Shown: positions 36,623-49,241, numbered from the whole stretch's first letter. The stretch: DNA of 63,798 bases, filler included, from Rhabdomonas costata (GCA_019059605.1; 47 parts of 47 records of this genome joined end to end with filler, not necessarily neighbours in it), one strand, 5' to 3'. Translations and numbers: made by a program. Notes: generated by a model from the sequence alone, not told the origin.

Positions 36623-38358
36623 NNNNNNNNNNNNNNNNNNNNNNNNNNNNNNNNNNNNNNNNNNNNTTAATTAATTAANNNNNNNNNNNNNNNNNNNNNN
36701 NNNNNNNNNNNNNNNNNNNNNNGGTGGTTTTCCCACCTTCTCTCGTTACATTGTGTACACGGTGGAGAGTGTGTGGTGGTAGCGTAAGAGTAGCAGTTGA
36801 GCATCATCCTACACTCTGGTTGGCATCTGGGTCTCAAGAACGCATCTTGTAACATTGGCATCAGCACGTCACCCATCCATGCCACGCTCCTCAAGTTCTC
36901 TCCTATGGTGGGTGGTGAAGCGGCATCCTTTCATTACAAGACATCACGATACCGGTAACATCCATGTGTCACCGTAATTCAGAGGTTGGGTTTACGTCAC
37001 CACAACGCATCATGCCATGACATCCAGCGTGGATTGCATCCTAACTACGGTACAAGTGAGTGCCTTAGATTGGATACAAGATCCATACTCATGTCGTAAT
37101 GAGGACACAAAGATCTACACACAAAGAACAATCACCGAAGTGACAGCAGAAATCCAGGATATAAGCTAAGATGTTACAAGCTGGACGACAGGATCGCCTC
37201 AACAGATACCTCTCCTCTCAGTTTACGAATCTCAGTGCAGGGCATCGTTGGTCACGTGGATCGGGTACTACCACCACAGACGTTATTTACCCTTACATCA
37301 CCGAGTACACACCAAAGCCACCAGTTCATCCAGATTAAGCAATGTCAAGATCACAGAGGCTGAAATTAACCATAGCGTGCGTCACCCAATAGTCACCTTC
37401 CACTTAAGAATGCCTTCCAATATGTACACGCCTCAGCTACTGACAGATGTTCCACCAATGCCTCCCACATGGCTATCCAGTTACACGTAAACTTCCCCAG
37501 AGACACACACACATCCATATATCAGGAAATGCAGATAGCATACTAGAGGCCTTTTTGAGAAAATCCCAATGTATCATCATCATCACTGTCGGAAGAGCTT
37601 ACCGAGAACCATGTAAATAACCCCGAGACACAACAACAGAGACGAAAACAAGTACATGCAACGATTGGTGGTGTAGAGGAAAAGCGAGCTACTATTTCTG
37701 GTGTAGAGAGGGCATGGTGTTTGATCGATAAAGAGACAACAAAAGAACGAAAACCAGAGAAAGAAAAACGTACGGAGATTAACCAACACAATCTCTAATG
37801 TCCCAATGTAGCATCAACATGCTTTTCTAAAGCACTAGAACCAGCAACCACTACCGCTGACAGCTAACAACCCCTAGCCCCACTACAAACCGAAGGAATA
37901 AACCGAACCCCGAGGTTTAAAATCAAAAACAAACCACGACTCCGAACCAGAAGACCAAAATCCAAACCTAGAACCAAAAAANNNNNNNNNNNNNNNNNNN
38001 NNNNNNNNNNNNNNNNNNNNNNNNNTTAATTAATTAANNNNNNNNNNNNNNNNNNNNNNNNNNNNNNNNNNNNNNNNNNNNTGTGGGGTTTCCTGAAGGA
38101 GGCAGGGGGCAGCCTTCTTACTTTTCTGTCCACCAGGTCCGTTTCTTTTCGGGACTTTTTGTTTGGCCGCATCTTCCTCTCCCTCTGTATCCTAGCTTTT
38201 ATTGCTGCCTTGCTACAATTAACAGAGCGAGGGAAATGGCAGCTCGGGCCTCTCGACGACACATGCTTTAACTATTACCCTTTTCTATCTCAGCGGCACC
38301 ATGTCCGCCTGGACTTAACGTAAAACCCGCGGCAGGTGCCAATTTGTATTCTCTCGCA

Positions 38359-38553
38359 ATGCGGATGCACCTCTCCCGAGCCTGTGGGGCGATTCCCGGG
38401 GTGGTTGTGTGCGCCCTTCTGCTGCACTCCTGGCTGACATCCACCTCGGCGCCTCCACGGTCGCTTCCCGAGCTGCGAGGCCCTTCTGAGGTGCCCCGGC
38501 CATCCGACAGGATGATAGCAGACCGTCAAGTGATCTCCTCGCTTCACTTCGAG
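38359..38553 (+). CDS. Probable first exon of a type II membrane protein
   Basis: MRMHLSRACGAIPGVVVCALLLHSWL.. signal anchor and a Pro-rich stem; GAG|GT donor. Confidence 0.35.
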
Positions 38554-39984
38554 GTTCTTCCCGCCTCGGGTCTGTTTTTTTGCATCCCGGTTGACCGTCG
38601 TCTTTGTGTGCGTGCGTATGTGGAGTTGGGTTGATGTCTAGATCACATCTTCCTTTCCGGAGCTAGGGAGTACCGGATCGATTGGGCGTGCTGCGAGGCG
38701 GAGAAAAAGAAGCGCAAAAGAGGCGCCCGTGTTCGAACACCGCTGATTTGAAGTAAAAGTCACAACTCTCAAAACGAAGCGTACACTGGAAAAAGGCCCC
38801 ACCAACCTCCGCCCTGCATGACGACAACTGCAACAAAAAAGCATATGAAAAGGGCCAGCTTTCACTGCATTGCCTCTTCGCCCGAATTTGTTGACCTCAG
38901 CGCACTCTGCGCGGCGGGTTCTTTTGGGGTCTGGCAGGCAAGCAGACCTTCCTCTTGTAAAAGCAGAGTGGGGAAGAAGCGCCATTGGTCCCTAAGAGCT
39001 CTGCAGACCTCTCTTTGTGGAAAGGGGCGAATCATACTCCGTTCACATTCTCACCATTGAAATACGTATAGAACCGCTTCAGAACTCCAACTGTTGGTGC
39101 CCCATACCCTTCCTTTTATTTGTTGGAGTCGGTACGTCAAGCCCCTCAGTAATCTACGGCACCGACTTTGAGGTTATTTCGGCGCACTGCTTTGCAGGGA
39201 GTGAGGCGGTTGCCTCGGAAGTGTGCGAGGCGAACCAAAGCCTATCCTCCTTCCCAGCGCGATGGAAGTGGCCTTCGGATGTGCCGCTGGAGCTGCCCCG
39301 GGGGTGTATTGATAGCCTCGGGGCAGCTCCAGCGGCACACNNNNNNNNNNNNNNNNNNNNNNNNNNNNNNNNNNNNNNNNNNNNTTAATTAATTAANNNN
39401 NNNNNNNNNNNNNNNNNNNNNNNNNNNNNNNNNNNNNNNNGGTTGGTGGTGCCTGCTCCATCAAAGAAAGGGCTAGGAAACAAAAAGAAAGCAACGGTCT
39501 GTTGACACGGTGCCACAGAGAGGAAAATGCTGCAGAAAGAGAACAGATTTGCCGCAAACAGTCTTACAGATCACAACAAAATGAAACGGTGACTTCCAGA
39601 AACACAGCGCAGGCGATAATGGACGAATATTGTCCGTTAGGTAAAAGAGTGTGAGACCACAAGACTGCAAGAAGCATGCATCGAAGGCAATTCCTCAATC
39701 GGGAATGGCGCGCCTGCTTTTCTGCCCTCCCTCGCATAGAATCTGGTCCGTCACTCCACCCTTTCTGGTGTTGGCAAAATCATGATAGCCTCTGCTATCA
39801 CAGTTGAAAATATGATGGGGACAGAAAAAAGACGAGAGCGTTCCGTCGCTTTGCAGGGGGTTAGGCAGGCAACACACGTGTCCCCTGGGATTCCAACAGA
39901 ACCGAAGGGGTGGTCCTAGACGGGAAAGGGCTGCACTCGTGCCCAACTCCTGACCTACCTGATCGAGCACTGGGTTACACGGAT

Positions 39985-40054
39985 GTTAGACGTCTAACGC
40001 CATTAGACGTCTAACGGTCGTCTAACGGCGTTAGAAGGGCGTTAGATGTCTAAC
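39985..40054. repeat. Cluster of GTTAGACGTCTAAC palindromes and half-sites
   Basis: Copies at 39985-39998, 40003-40014 and 40041-40054 (one mismatch), with half-sites at ~40019 and ~40030. Confidence 0.85.
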
Positions 40055-40365
40055 ACCGCCCCCCCTCCAACTTTGCATGACCCTCTTTTTTGGCTCTCGA
40101 TAAGGATTGTCGAAAGCGACAAGTTTGGGATTACAAAATGGTTGTTTTGGTCGTGTGCGGTTGATATTTTTGAGGCCATCACTGTTAAACCATAACGATA
40201 ATAATAAAATGATGAAATTTTTTTGTGTTTTTTGGAGTTAGATTAAAACCACTGTTAGCGGTTACCCATGTCCCACGCCCCTCTTTCCTCTCGGCGCACA
40301 GTCCCACTTTCATTCCCGTGCTTTGTGATGCACCACACTCTGCCTTCCAACACTACACTACACCT

Positions 40366-40700
40366 ATGACTGAAGCCTCTGACCAGGCTCAAAAGACCCG
40401 GGTGGTATCGGCAGCCGGCTCCGCACCTCCGGAATGGGCCCAAGAACTGTTCCAGAGCATTGTGGAGCTCCGGAACCAGGTCGCCGCGTTCCGCCTGGGC
40501 CCCTCCACTTCACCCAACGTCCCCGCGTACCCTGCCCAGCCGTCGACCGAAGCCCTGACTCTGTTGGAGCACGACCCCCGCCTGCCTGATTTCCTCAAGC
40601 CCCTGCTCCCTCTGCTGGCCTACAACCTCACCCTGACTGACGAACGCGCGGCTCCCCTAATTCAAGCCGTGTATGCCTCACTTGTCTCTTGGCTCCTTTC
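40366..40700 (+). CDS. 3'-truncated ORF, possibly ORF1/Gag-like protein of a mobile element
   Basis: MTEASDQAQK...PPEWAQELFQSIVELRNQV (PP.W.. followed by a short coiled coil); open to the contig end. Confidence 0.45.
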
Positions 40701-40800
40701 NNNNNNNNNNNNNNNNNNNNNNNNNNNNNNNNNNNNNNNNNNNNTTAATTAATTAANNNNNNNNNNNNNNNNNNNNNNNNNNNNNNNNNNNNNNNNNNNN

Positions 40801-41102
40801 GTTTTTGGTGGTTTCCGCAAACGCAAAGTCCAGCTGGCTGACATGCCCAATGGAGTCGCGGAAACCTGCACATAGCAGCTGAACCCCCAGGCTGGGGATG
40901 GTTGAGGACAAGGAGGTGGAGGGGTTCTCTGAGTCACAGGGCCCCGTCGTGGAACACAGGGCCTCGAGCTGCTCAGTGGAGGCCGTCGAGAACACCGCGG
41001 CCCCCGTGGCGAAGTAGAGCGAGCGCACGCGATTGTTAAGCCACGGCCGAAGCCACCATCGGTACCTGGCGTCAAACAATATTACGTCGTACAATCGGTG
41101 AA
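40801..41102 (-). CDS. Partial exon, uncharacterised protein
   Basis: GC-rich open frame HRLYDVILFDARYRWWLRPWLNNRVRSLYF... Confidence 0.5.
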
Positions 41103-41942
41103 CTTGCGTGAACGGCCTGAAGCGGTCATGGCCAATCAAATGTCTTCCCCACCGTTTCCTTCAGTCTCTGGTATCATTTTTCGGCTAAATTTTTTTTGCA
41201 AAGTCACACGAGACCCGGCGCGTGACACATTCATACCAGCTCTCAGGTCTTTCGTCAGTGCAGTTTCTTCAGTCCAACCAAGGCAAGCTTTTTATCGAAT
41301 GAGCACTGGGCAGTGTATTCAACAAAAACTAAGTTCGATAATTGCAGGCGCCTGCCTTGCGTCAGCCACAAGATACGCGGCGGAAGCGCCGTTTTCATTA
41401 CGAGAAGATCAAGCTCAAAAACTTGACCATCAACTCTCCGCTGTTAGGTAAGGTATGTTGTAGGGTAAGAGTGCTACAGCACTTTCTCGTGCTCGTGCAC
41501 GTTTGTAGAGTATGCTTATATTTTCAAATTTTGCTGAACCCTGAAGGCAAGAGCTGAACTCCTCACAGGTATGGTAAAATCTCGCACCTTACCCTAAGGT
41601 TTGACTCGCCACCTCAACGGGGTGTTGGTTTTTACTGAATTTTGCACTCCCATAATTGCTCTTACATTTCTTTTGGAACCTCCATTTTTTTTTCATCCAA
41701 ATAACGTTGCTTTTACGGTTTTTCCTTTGTGAAAGAGTGGGCACTACTCAGCAGCAAACAAATTAAATTATATCGGCATTCCCCACGACCTCCCGGGATA
41801 TTTTTATGGCGTCATGCCTCGTTCTCGGTTCAAGCTCGTTTTAATGCGTCGATGACAGGTTGAGTACATTTGCTCTCCAATGTGTCATTCCATAGAACAT
41901 CAACATGAAAAGCGACAGAGGCAAAATGCAGAAATGAAGAGA

Positions 41943-41981
<39 letters not shown>

Positions 41982-42269
41982 AGTCAGTATACGCGGCGGC
42001 CATTGCGAGCAGAATTACGTCAGCCACTCCAACGTAGAATAGACTGAACAGACCCCCAACNNNNNNNNNNNNNNNNNNNNNNNNNNNNNNNNNNNNNNNN
42101 NNNNTTAATTAATTAANNNNNNNNNNNNNNNNNNNNNNNNNNNNNNNNNNNNNNNNNNNNGTTGTTGTCCACCAAATTCATCTTGTTGATACTCCGGTAG
42201 TTTATTACAATGCGCATCTTCCAACTGGAATCCATCAGTATTATGATCAATTGTCACCAGTTACAATGG

Positions 42270-43280
42270 ATCATAATACTGATGGATTCCAGTTGGAAGA
42301 TGCGCATTGTAATAAACTACCGGAGTATCAACAAGATGAATTTGGTGGACAACTACCCACTTCATTGCATCTACTATACGAGACAATCTTTACTTCTCAT
42401 AGCATGACTTCAACTCCGAATGTACCAAATCATGGTGCATACTGACCATTTGTATCGTGCACCTTCGTTCCGTACAAAGTACAAAAAAATTGCCTCCAAG
42501 ATCACATATTAGGTTTCCGTAAAGCCACATAACCTTTCAGAAGGCTACAAAAATCATCTTGAAAACAATACACCTAAACATAAACAATACGTCTAAGACA
42601 TCCTTGTCCACACCGATACACTGGAGACTCCCTGAGACAAGTTTACGACAGGCTCTGCGAGGAGCGATTTTTTGCGGGACATTGGAAGTGCACTTGGGAC
42701 CATCATGAAATCAATTACTGCGACTTAAACCACTAGAGACCAGGAAGCACTCCGTGCTTCGTCAGAGCGTGCACAAATACTTTTTGAACGTGCAAAGTTT
42801 TCTGAGTCTGTGCGGATTCTGCCAGGCATTACGTCACCACTGTTGAACCTCTGGCGGATCTGATGCAAAATTGCTGACAGTGGACATGCTTAACCTGCTG
42901 CAGGCTTTTAATTTACAAAACTGTTTCCTGTTTCACGCTCCAGTACTCACTCACCAGGACGTAACATTTTCTACTGCACGCAGATGCATCAGACGTTGGC
43001 ATTGGTGCCACACTGTTGCATATAGAGGCTCATTGCTTTTCGGTAGTGGAAGCTCAAAGATGCAAAGAAAATTACCCGGTGGACGCGTTTGAACTGGGGG
43101 CATCACAATTTGCGCTCAGATGTCCAGATATTCACCGACGATACAGCCATTATCTATCTCATGAATTGAGCACTTCATCAGAGCTTCAGGTGCGCTGGCT
43201 GTAAGATCATTAGCTGTACATCCAGTTGAACATCTGCATTCCAGGCAAGACTAACACTGCAGGGGACAAAGATCTCACGC
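42270..43280 (+). pseudogene. Heavily decayed Ty3/gypsy pol (RT and RNase H)
   Basis: Colinear remnants across frameshifts and stops: WKMRIVINYRSINKMNLVDNYPL, YV*DILVHT (YxDD site), SFLSLCGF, HADASDVGIGATL, NYPV, QVRWL, IPGKTNTA. Confidence 0.85.
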
Positions 43281-43519
43281 TGAGTTTGGTTGTTCCAACA
43301 CATCTGGTTGCATACCACACAAAAGCACTTGCACTGCTTTCGGTAGTTCAAACGCCGGTTCCAGCGTATTCCAGTGTGCTTGTGCACTCGCAGATTTCCG
43401 CACTATCCACACCCCAACCNNNNNNNNNNNNNNNNNNNNNNNNNNNNNNNNNNNNNNNNNNNNTTAATTAATTAANNNNNNNNNNNNNNNNNNNNNNNNN
43501 NNNNNNNNNNNNNNNNNNN

Positions 43520-43648
43520 GGGTTGGGGGGGCTCTCGGGGGCTGACCTGCCCGAGGCTTTGCACACTGGAGCCACCGGAGTGGCCGCAATTGAGGCGTTT
43601 TGGGAAAAGGCACAGCACCTGAATGCAAAGGCTTCGGGAACGGGATGA
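43520..43648 (+). CDS. C-terminus of a thiamine-phosphate synthase-like (ThiE/TenI) domain protein
   Basis: LGGLSGADLPEALHTGATGVAAIEAFW..* matches the ThiE-type LGG....L......GA.GVA.I...W end. Shorter than the ORF-track cutoff. Confidence 0.65.
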   Translation, partial: GLGGLSGADLPEALHTGATGVAAIEAFWEKAQHLNAKASGTG

Positions 43649-44245
43649 CCCGTCAGGTGGGTGCCTGAAGGTGAAATGGACTGGACTTCAACGGAAAACT
43701 CTCGCCCAAAGTGGGCGGACGTGCGGACTTGCGTTTTTCGGGATAGGGTTTTTCCCATTAACACCTTCCCACCACATTTCACCTGAGCTGGGTCGGCCTC
43801 TCTGGGATAATGATTGCGTAGGTTAGAATGCGCATTTTGCTGTCAGTCTAAAAAGCCACCACTCAGTGGTCCTGATCCCTTGTGGACAGCTGACCTTGCA
43901 GAGGGTGATTCTAACCTGCTCCTGCTAGCGGACCTTTCTGCAGGTCAGTACGCATGCTCCAACCTGAGATGCTTCTCTTTTTTGCTGGGAGCTCAACTGG
44001 CGGGTACTCCCCATGCTCCTGCAGGGAAGCGCAGCAATGGTGGGTGGGGGTGTGCTGCGGTGGAAAGGCCTTTTTGACAGGCTTCTGAAATGAGGTGGTG
44101 GTGGCCCAGCCGGGGCGTTATAAGTAGACTTGGCGAAGGGGTGAGTGTGGGGCTTGTTGAACGAGAGGAGCTTGTTTTAATTGAGGATAGTGTCTCCTCC
44201 TCTCTTCGTGGCATAGCAGGATTTGTCATTTTGGTCTACTGAGAT

Positions 44246-44778
44246 ATGGATTCCACTCTTGGGGGAGGAGCTCGACCTTCCGACTCCCAAGATGATCTAG
44301 CTGCGGAGAAGGATGGGGAAGGCTTCTCTGATTCCCGGAGCAGTGTTCTTGTGGGTTTGACTGCTTTGGAGTTGGAAGCTGCCCTGAGGAAATCTGAGGA
44401 AGAGATTCAGCAACACAAAGCCGCGCGGGACTCACTTTCTGAAGAGCTGGAGGCTGCAGCTATTAAATCGGAGGTGGACGCCCAAAGGCACAAAGAGGCA
44501 CAGAACGTACTTCTGGCACAGTTGGAGACTGTATTGATGCAGGCCGAAGAGGAAGCCCAACAGTACAAAGTTGCTCGGGATTTGCTCACCGCCAAGCAGA
44601 AAGCTGCGCTGGCAAAGATCGACGAAGAGGCTCAAGAACAAAAGGCGGCTCGGGACTTACTTTCCGCAGAGTTGGAAGCCGCCCTGCTAACTGCCGAAGT
44701 GGAAGCAGAAAAGTGGCAGTGCGTTGAAGCTTTTCTTCTGGAAAAACTGAGTGATACAATGCGTGAGGCCCACAAACA
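44246..44778 (+). CDS. Coiled-coil protein with 25-aa tandem repeats, truncated
   Basis: ELEAALRKSEEEIQQHKAARDSLSE / ELEAAAIKSEVDAQRHKEAQNVLLA / QLETVLMQAEEEAQQYKVARDLLTA / KQKAALAKIDEEAQEQKAARDLLSA. Confidence 0.7.
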
Positions 44779-45349
44779 NNNNNNNNNNNNNNNNNNNNNN
44801 NNNNNNNNNNNNNNNNNNNNNNTTAATTAATTAANNNNNNNNNNNNNNNNNNNNNNNNNNNNNNNNNNNNNNNNNNNNCAGTACGCCCGGAGGTGTCTTC
44901 AGAAAAGGAAAGCACGGTGGGCCTAAGATGATAAATGCCATGGCCTGGTCCTTCGGGTGAAAACCAACCCCTATGTGGTTGTGGTGGGCTACTTGCGGGA
45001 AAGATTGCCGTTTGGACTGAGGCGTGTGGCTTGCGTCGCTGCGTTTGCCGCCATCACGGCGGCTGCGTTTTAGTGGTTTGGCATGTTTCTTATCAGTGTT
45101 GTCCTGGTTGGTCGTTTTTGCGCTGTTGTTTCGGTTATTCCCACCGGATTGGCCGCGGTTCCATTGTTAATAAAAACCGTCAATGTCGCGAATCCTGTCA
45201 AGAGAAACCTCATTCGGCTTGCTCAGATAAAAAGGGACATTGTTGAGGATGCCTGGCACTGTGTGTAACCTTCTTTGCCTTTCGTTCAGTGCAGGTCTTT
45301 CGCCGTTTGTCGGCAGTTGGTGTTGGTCGGGTGCGTCGGTGGTGTGCAG

Positions 45350-45578
45350 GCAGGGCATCCCGGCTGCCGTGGCGACCTCCTCGATGCGCGACGCTCTGGT
45401 GCGGAAGACCAGCCACCTGGGGGCGCACTTCGCGCAGTTCCAGGCCATCGTGTGTGGGGACGATCCTGGGGTCTCCCGGGGCAAGCCCAGCCCGGACCTC
45501 TTCCTCGCCGCCGCGGCCAAGCTGGGCGCGCCCCCAGAGGCCTGCCTGGTGTTCGAGGATGCCCCCAACGGGATCGAG
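45350..45578 (+). CDS. HAD-family phosphatase (pseudouridine-5'-phosphatase/HDHD1-like), internal exon
   Basis: AVATSS, IVCGDD..V..GKPSPDLFL.AA and CLVFEDAPNG are HAD motifs II-IV. Confidence 0.9.
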
Positions 45579-46237
45579 GCATCTGACTCTTCTTTTCCAT
45601 AAAGTGTCGTCCGCGTTTCATTCGTGTGTGAAAAACCGACGGCGTATGGGCATTTATGGGACCCCTCGCCGGTTACGGTGAGATTTTCTATCTTGTCGCT
45701 GGAGACGCGTGCTCCCTAACCCCCTGCAAGGTCAGTCACGTTCTAATGGTAGGACGAGATTTGCACCCTGTAGGGTCCATAAAATGTACCCAAAATGGGG
45801 GGGGTCCCACAGTGCCCCAGCGCCAAAACGTCTTATTTGCTCTAAATGCTTTTTCCCTCGCTCTTGCGCTGAGCTCAGGCCAGGCGATGCATCTGCCCTC
45901 TCCCCAGCCTCTTCGTGCATCAGCGGCCTATTATATTGCCTTCATCTTTTGCTCGAATTCTGCCCCCAGAGCCTTCCGTGCAGCGACGTTAGTTTTTCCA
46001 CAACCCAAGGATTAAGGTGGGGGTTCCAGCTCATTGTGTCGTAGGATTCCAGGCAATGGCGCCAATTGTGCAAAGGCAACGCCACTTTGCTTTCATTCCT
46101 GCTTTCATTCACTCCTTCGTTGACTTTTGGAGGGGGCNNNNNNNNNNNNNNNNNNNNNNNNNNNNNNNNNNNNNNNNNNNNTTAATTAATTAANNNNNNN
46201 NNNNNNNNNNNNNNNNNNNNNNNNNNNNNNNNNNNNN

Positions 46238-46447
46238 GGGTGTGTGGAGGCCTTTTTCCCACACCACCACAGGGACGGCGCATTTTTGTGTGTCGAAGGG
46301 GAAGTGGTGGAAGTCCATCGCGCACGAGGTTGTACCAATGACGTGACGGTACAAAGTGAAAACATGGTCTGCCGGCTCCAGCGCAGAGGGAAGAAATATA
46401 GTGAGCCGAACGAAATCGTTCACTCCGGCTGTGGTCTCGTCCACATA
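46238..46447 (-). CDS. Pentameric ligand-gated ion channel (Cys-loop) extracellular domain fragment
   Basis: SCAMDFHHFPFDTQKC is C-x13-C with FPFD.Q. The upstream exon boundary is not resolved. Confidence 0.8.
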
Positions 46448-47899
46448 AGGCGTTGCAGCAAGAGAAGAAAGGGTACGTGTGTTTCTTTCCCGGGGCCATG
46501 GTGGAAGAGGCGGAAGAGCAAGTGGAACGGGTTTACAATTTCGAGCCTCGGGGTGTTTTCATGGACCTTCCATTTGTTTATGTATCACGTCCAATCAACA
46601 TGCATGCGTGTAGTACGGTGCAGGATCACCTTGATGTGATCGAGGGCTCTAGACCGAGTTCACCCCGTTCCGTGTACCACCTGGGTAGCTTCGCTCCCCC
46701 ACACACCGTCATGTTACCCTCCATACCCGGTTGGTCCACACATGGCATTTCGCCCTCGACGTGCTCCACTTAAGAGTCTCTCACATTTGGACTTTGGTAC
46801 CACTCATTTGGCTCAGAATACGGTCTTTGTGGTGCCAAAGCCGTGATCGTAAGTCGAAATTCACTCACTGGAGTGATCTGGTTTCTGCTTGCCTTGAAGT
46901 CGCACTACTGTCACTCTGTGGTAATGTCTCCATTTATTAAAGCGTTTCGCTGGTTGCAGCAATTCTGACGCTGTGTAGCCGAACAAGCTTAGCCTCATAG
47001 AGCAAGATAAGGCCACGATCGTGCAAGTGTTAGCCGTGGTGTCGCCAATTACGGTTGGGGCAGGACCTGCTGGAGTGCGGATAGTGGCTTTTCTCTCTCT
47101 CCGGTGAACCGAGCGGGGACTCAACGAAATACCAGACCCACGCTGGTGGTATATGCAATTTCGTACGCATAACACCACAGGTCTTGTGATCGGTGATGGG
47201 ATTAACGTGGTGTATCCTACTGAGGCACTACGTCATGCCCACAAGCGCGTACACTGGTTACCAAAACAAGTTTAACCAAAGACCGTCTACTGCTATGTCT
47301 GGAACGTGAGATGGCCACCTACTTGTGTACTCGCAAGCCACACAATAGTATGACAGGTACGCAACTGCGGCTCATTGTGGGTGTGGAAAGGCGCAGCGGA
47401 AGTGCTGTCAGCTGGACACTGGGAAACGTCACTTAGCGGTGACAACGTTATGTGTGGCGACCTAAAACACAGTCGTAGTGTATACGGCCTCGACAANNNN
47501 NNNNNNNNNNNNNNNNNNNNNNNNNNNNNNNNNNNNNNNNTTAATTAATTAANNNNNNNNNNNNNNNNNNNNNNNNNNNNNNNNNNNNNNNNNNNNCCAT
47601 CCCCCCCCCCCCCGTGATTGCTCGCATTGCTCCTTCTGCACTGGTAAGGATGTCGACCACCGCAGCGTTTGCTACCTTAGCGACCCAAAACGAAAATCAT
47701 AGCAATTGTTTCATGAAGTTAGGGCAAATAGCAGAGCACCCAGTCCTATAACACACACCAAAAAAAAGGAAACCATTCTAAGAAAAGTCTCTCAATGTAC
47801 CCCATCCTGAAAGCTCTTCAAAAATGGCCCGGCACTTCCACCCAGGGCTCTTTCATATCTTTAATGCAGCAGAGGGATGATGCTTTGCCCTCGCCTGAC

Positions 47900-48632
47900 C
47901 TGGCTGGATTTGAGTCCACACAAGTGTGTGCAGGTCCAGTGTGTATAGGTCGTTGAAAAGGTCTTCACTGGAGCGGCCCCCGAAGACCCACATCCGGTGC
48001 CGGTGCTGTACAGCGGAGTGCCGCCGGCGGGCGCTGGGCGGGGTACCCGTGGTGCACAAGGGCTCCCACCCCGAGGTCACGGAGAACTTCATCTGTGAGG
48101 TTTTGCACACCAGCCACCAGCGGAGCAAGGTACCTCCTTGGAAGCCACATCACTCCTCTCCCAGGCCTGATTAGCACGAGTGGCCAAGAGTGGTTTGTGA
48201 GGTTGCGAGCGAGACGGGAGCAGCGTCTATCGTACCGACATTTTTAAGCCGGTTCAACGCACACCAGCGCTTTCATTCATTTTGAAAAGATAAACCCAAA
48301 TGCTTCAACATAACTTCAATAGTTCTTCAAGGAAAACTGTGCACTGCGGCTTTTTCATCACACTCCTTCATTCCCCCAAAAACTTGTCCATCTTCTCCGT
48401 TGCAATCCCTTTCTCTCCTCTCCATTTTAAAGGCATGTGCAGCAGTGATGCATGCGGGGGTGGGGGCATGTGAGGAAGGTTGGAAAAAAAAACAAAGAAG
48501 CGGTCTGCTCCCTTCTCCCGCAAAATGCGAGCAGAGCGCACCGTGTCGTCCAGCACAGGAAAGGAGGGGTGAAGGGTGGAGCCCCCGAAGACAATCATCT
48601 CCCCACCAAAGCTGACCGCGGAGTGGCCCCAC
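47900..48632 (-). CDS. Kelch-repeat protein, exons 48632-48542 and 48092-47900
   Basis: RWGHSAVSFGGEMIVFGG and PSARRRHSAV....MWVFGG....FNDLYTLDL....W; in-frame GT-AG join. Confidence 0.9.
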
Positions 48633-49103
48633 CTGAAAGAGGGATGGGGGAGGTTCTTACACAGAGGGCACCCCACCAACCCACCATTTCCTTGAGAATC
48701 AGGACAGCCATGAACCGCCCGTACAAGGCTGCAGGACAACCGTGTACCAGCACGATTTGTATTACTTGCTTATATATCCGCAGCAACAGTAAGGGCAAGC
48801 GAACCCCCCCCACACACACTTCTACTTGTAGCCGTAGGAAGCACAAAAACCAAAANNNNNNNNNNNNNNNNNNNNNNNNNNNNNNNNNNNNNNNNNNNNT
48901 TAATTAATTAANNNNNNNNNNNNNNNNNNNNNNNNNNNNNNNNNNNNNNNNNNNNGTGGGTTGGGTCAGGCCCTGTTGTGCTTAGAGTTTCAGAAACAAT
49001 CACGCACGTACTCAGAAAATGTATGTGCGTGTGAGCAGGTGTGAGAGGGCGAGTGAGTCCAGCAGTGAGTGTGATAGGGTTTTTTTGGGGGGGGCAGTTA
49101 TGC

Positions 49104-49241
49104 CTCGCTCTCGAGGACACGGATGTGGCACTCGGGGTCCGCGGGGTCACCGCCCTGCTTCAGCAGAGGCACCGCGGGGCCCACAAAGTGGGCCTCCGGG
49201 GCCAACTCCTCCCCCAGGAACTCCTTCACCACTGCCGCGAA
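49104..49241 (-). CDS. 138-nt internal exon, uncharacterised protein (not in ORF track)
   Basis: Polypyrimidine-TAG acceptor; FAAVVKEFLGEELAPEAHFVGPAVPLLKQGGDPADPECHIRVLESE; ends at GAG|GCATAA. Confidence 0.55.
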
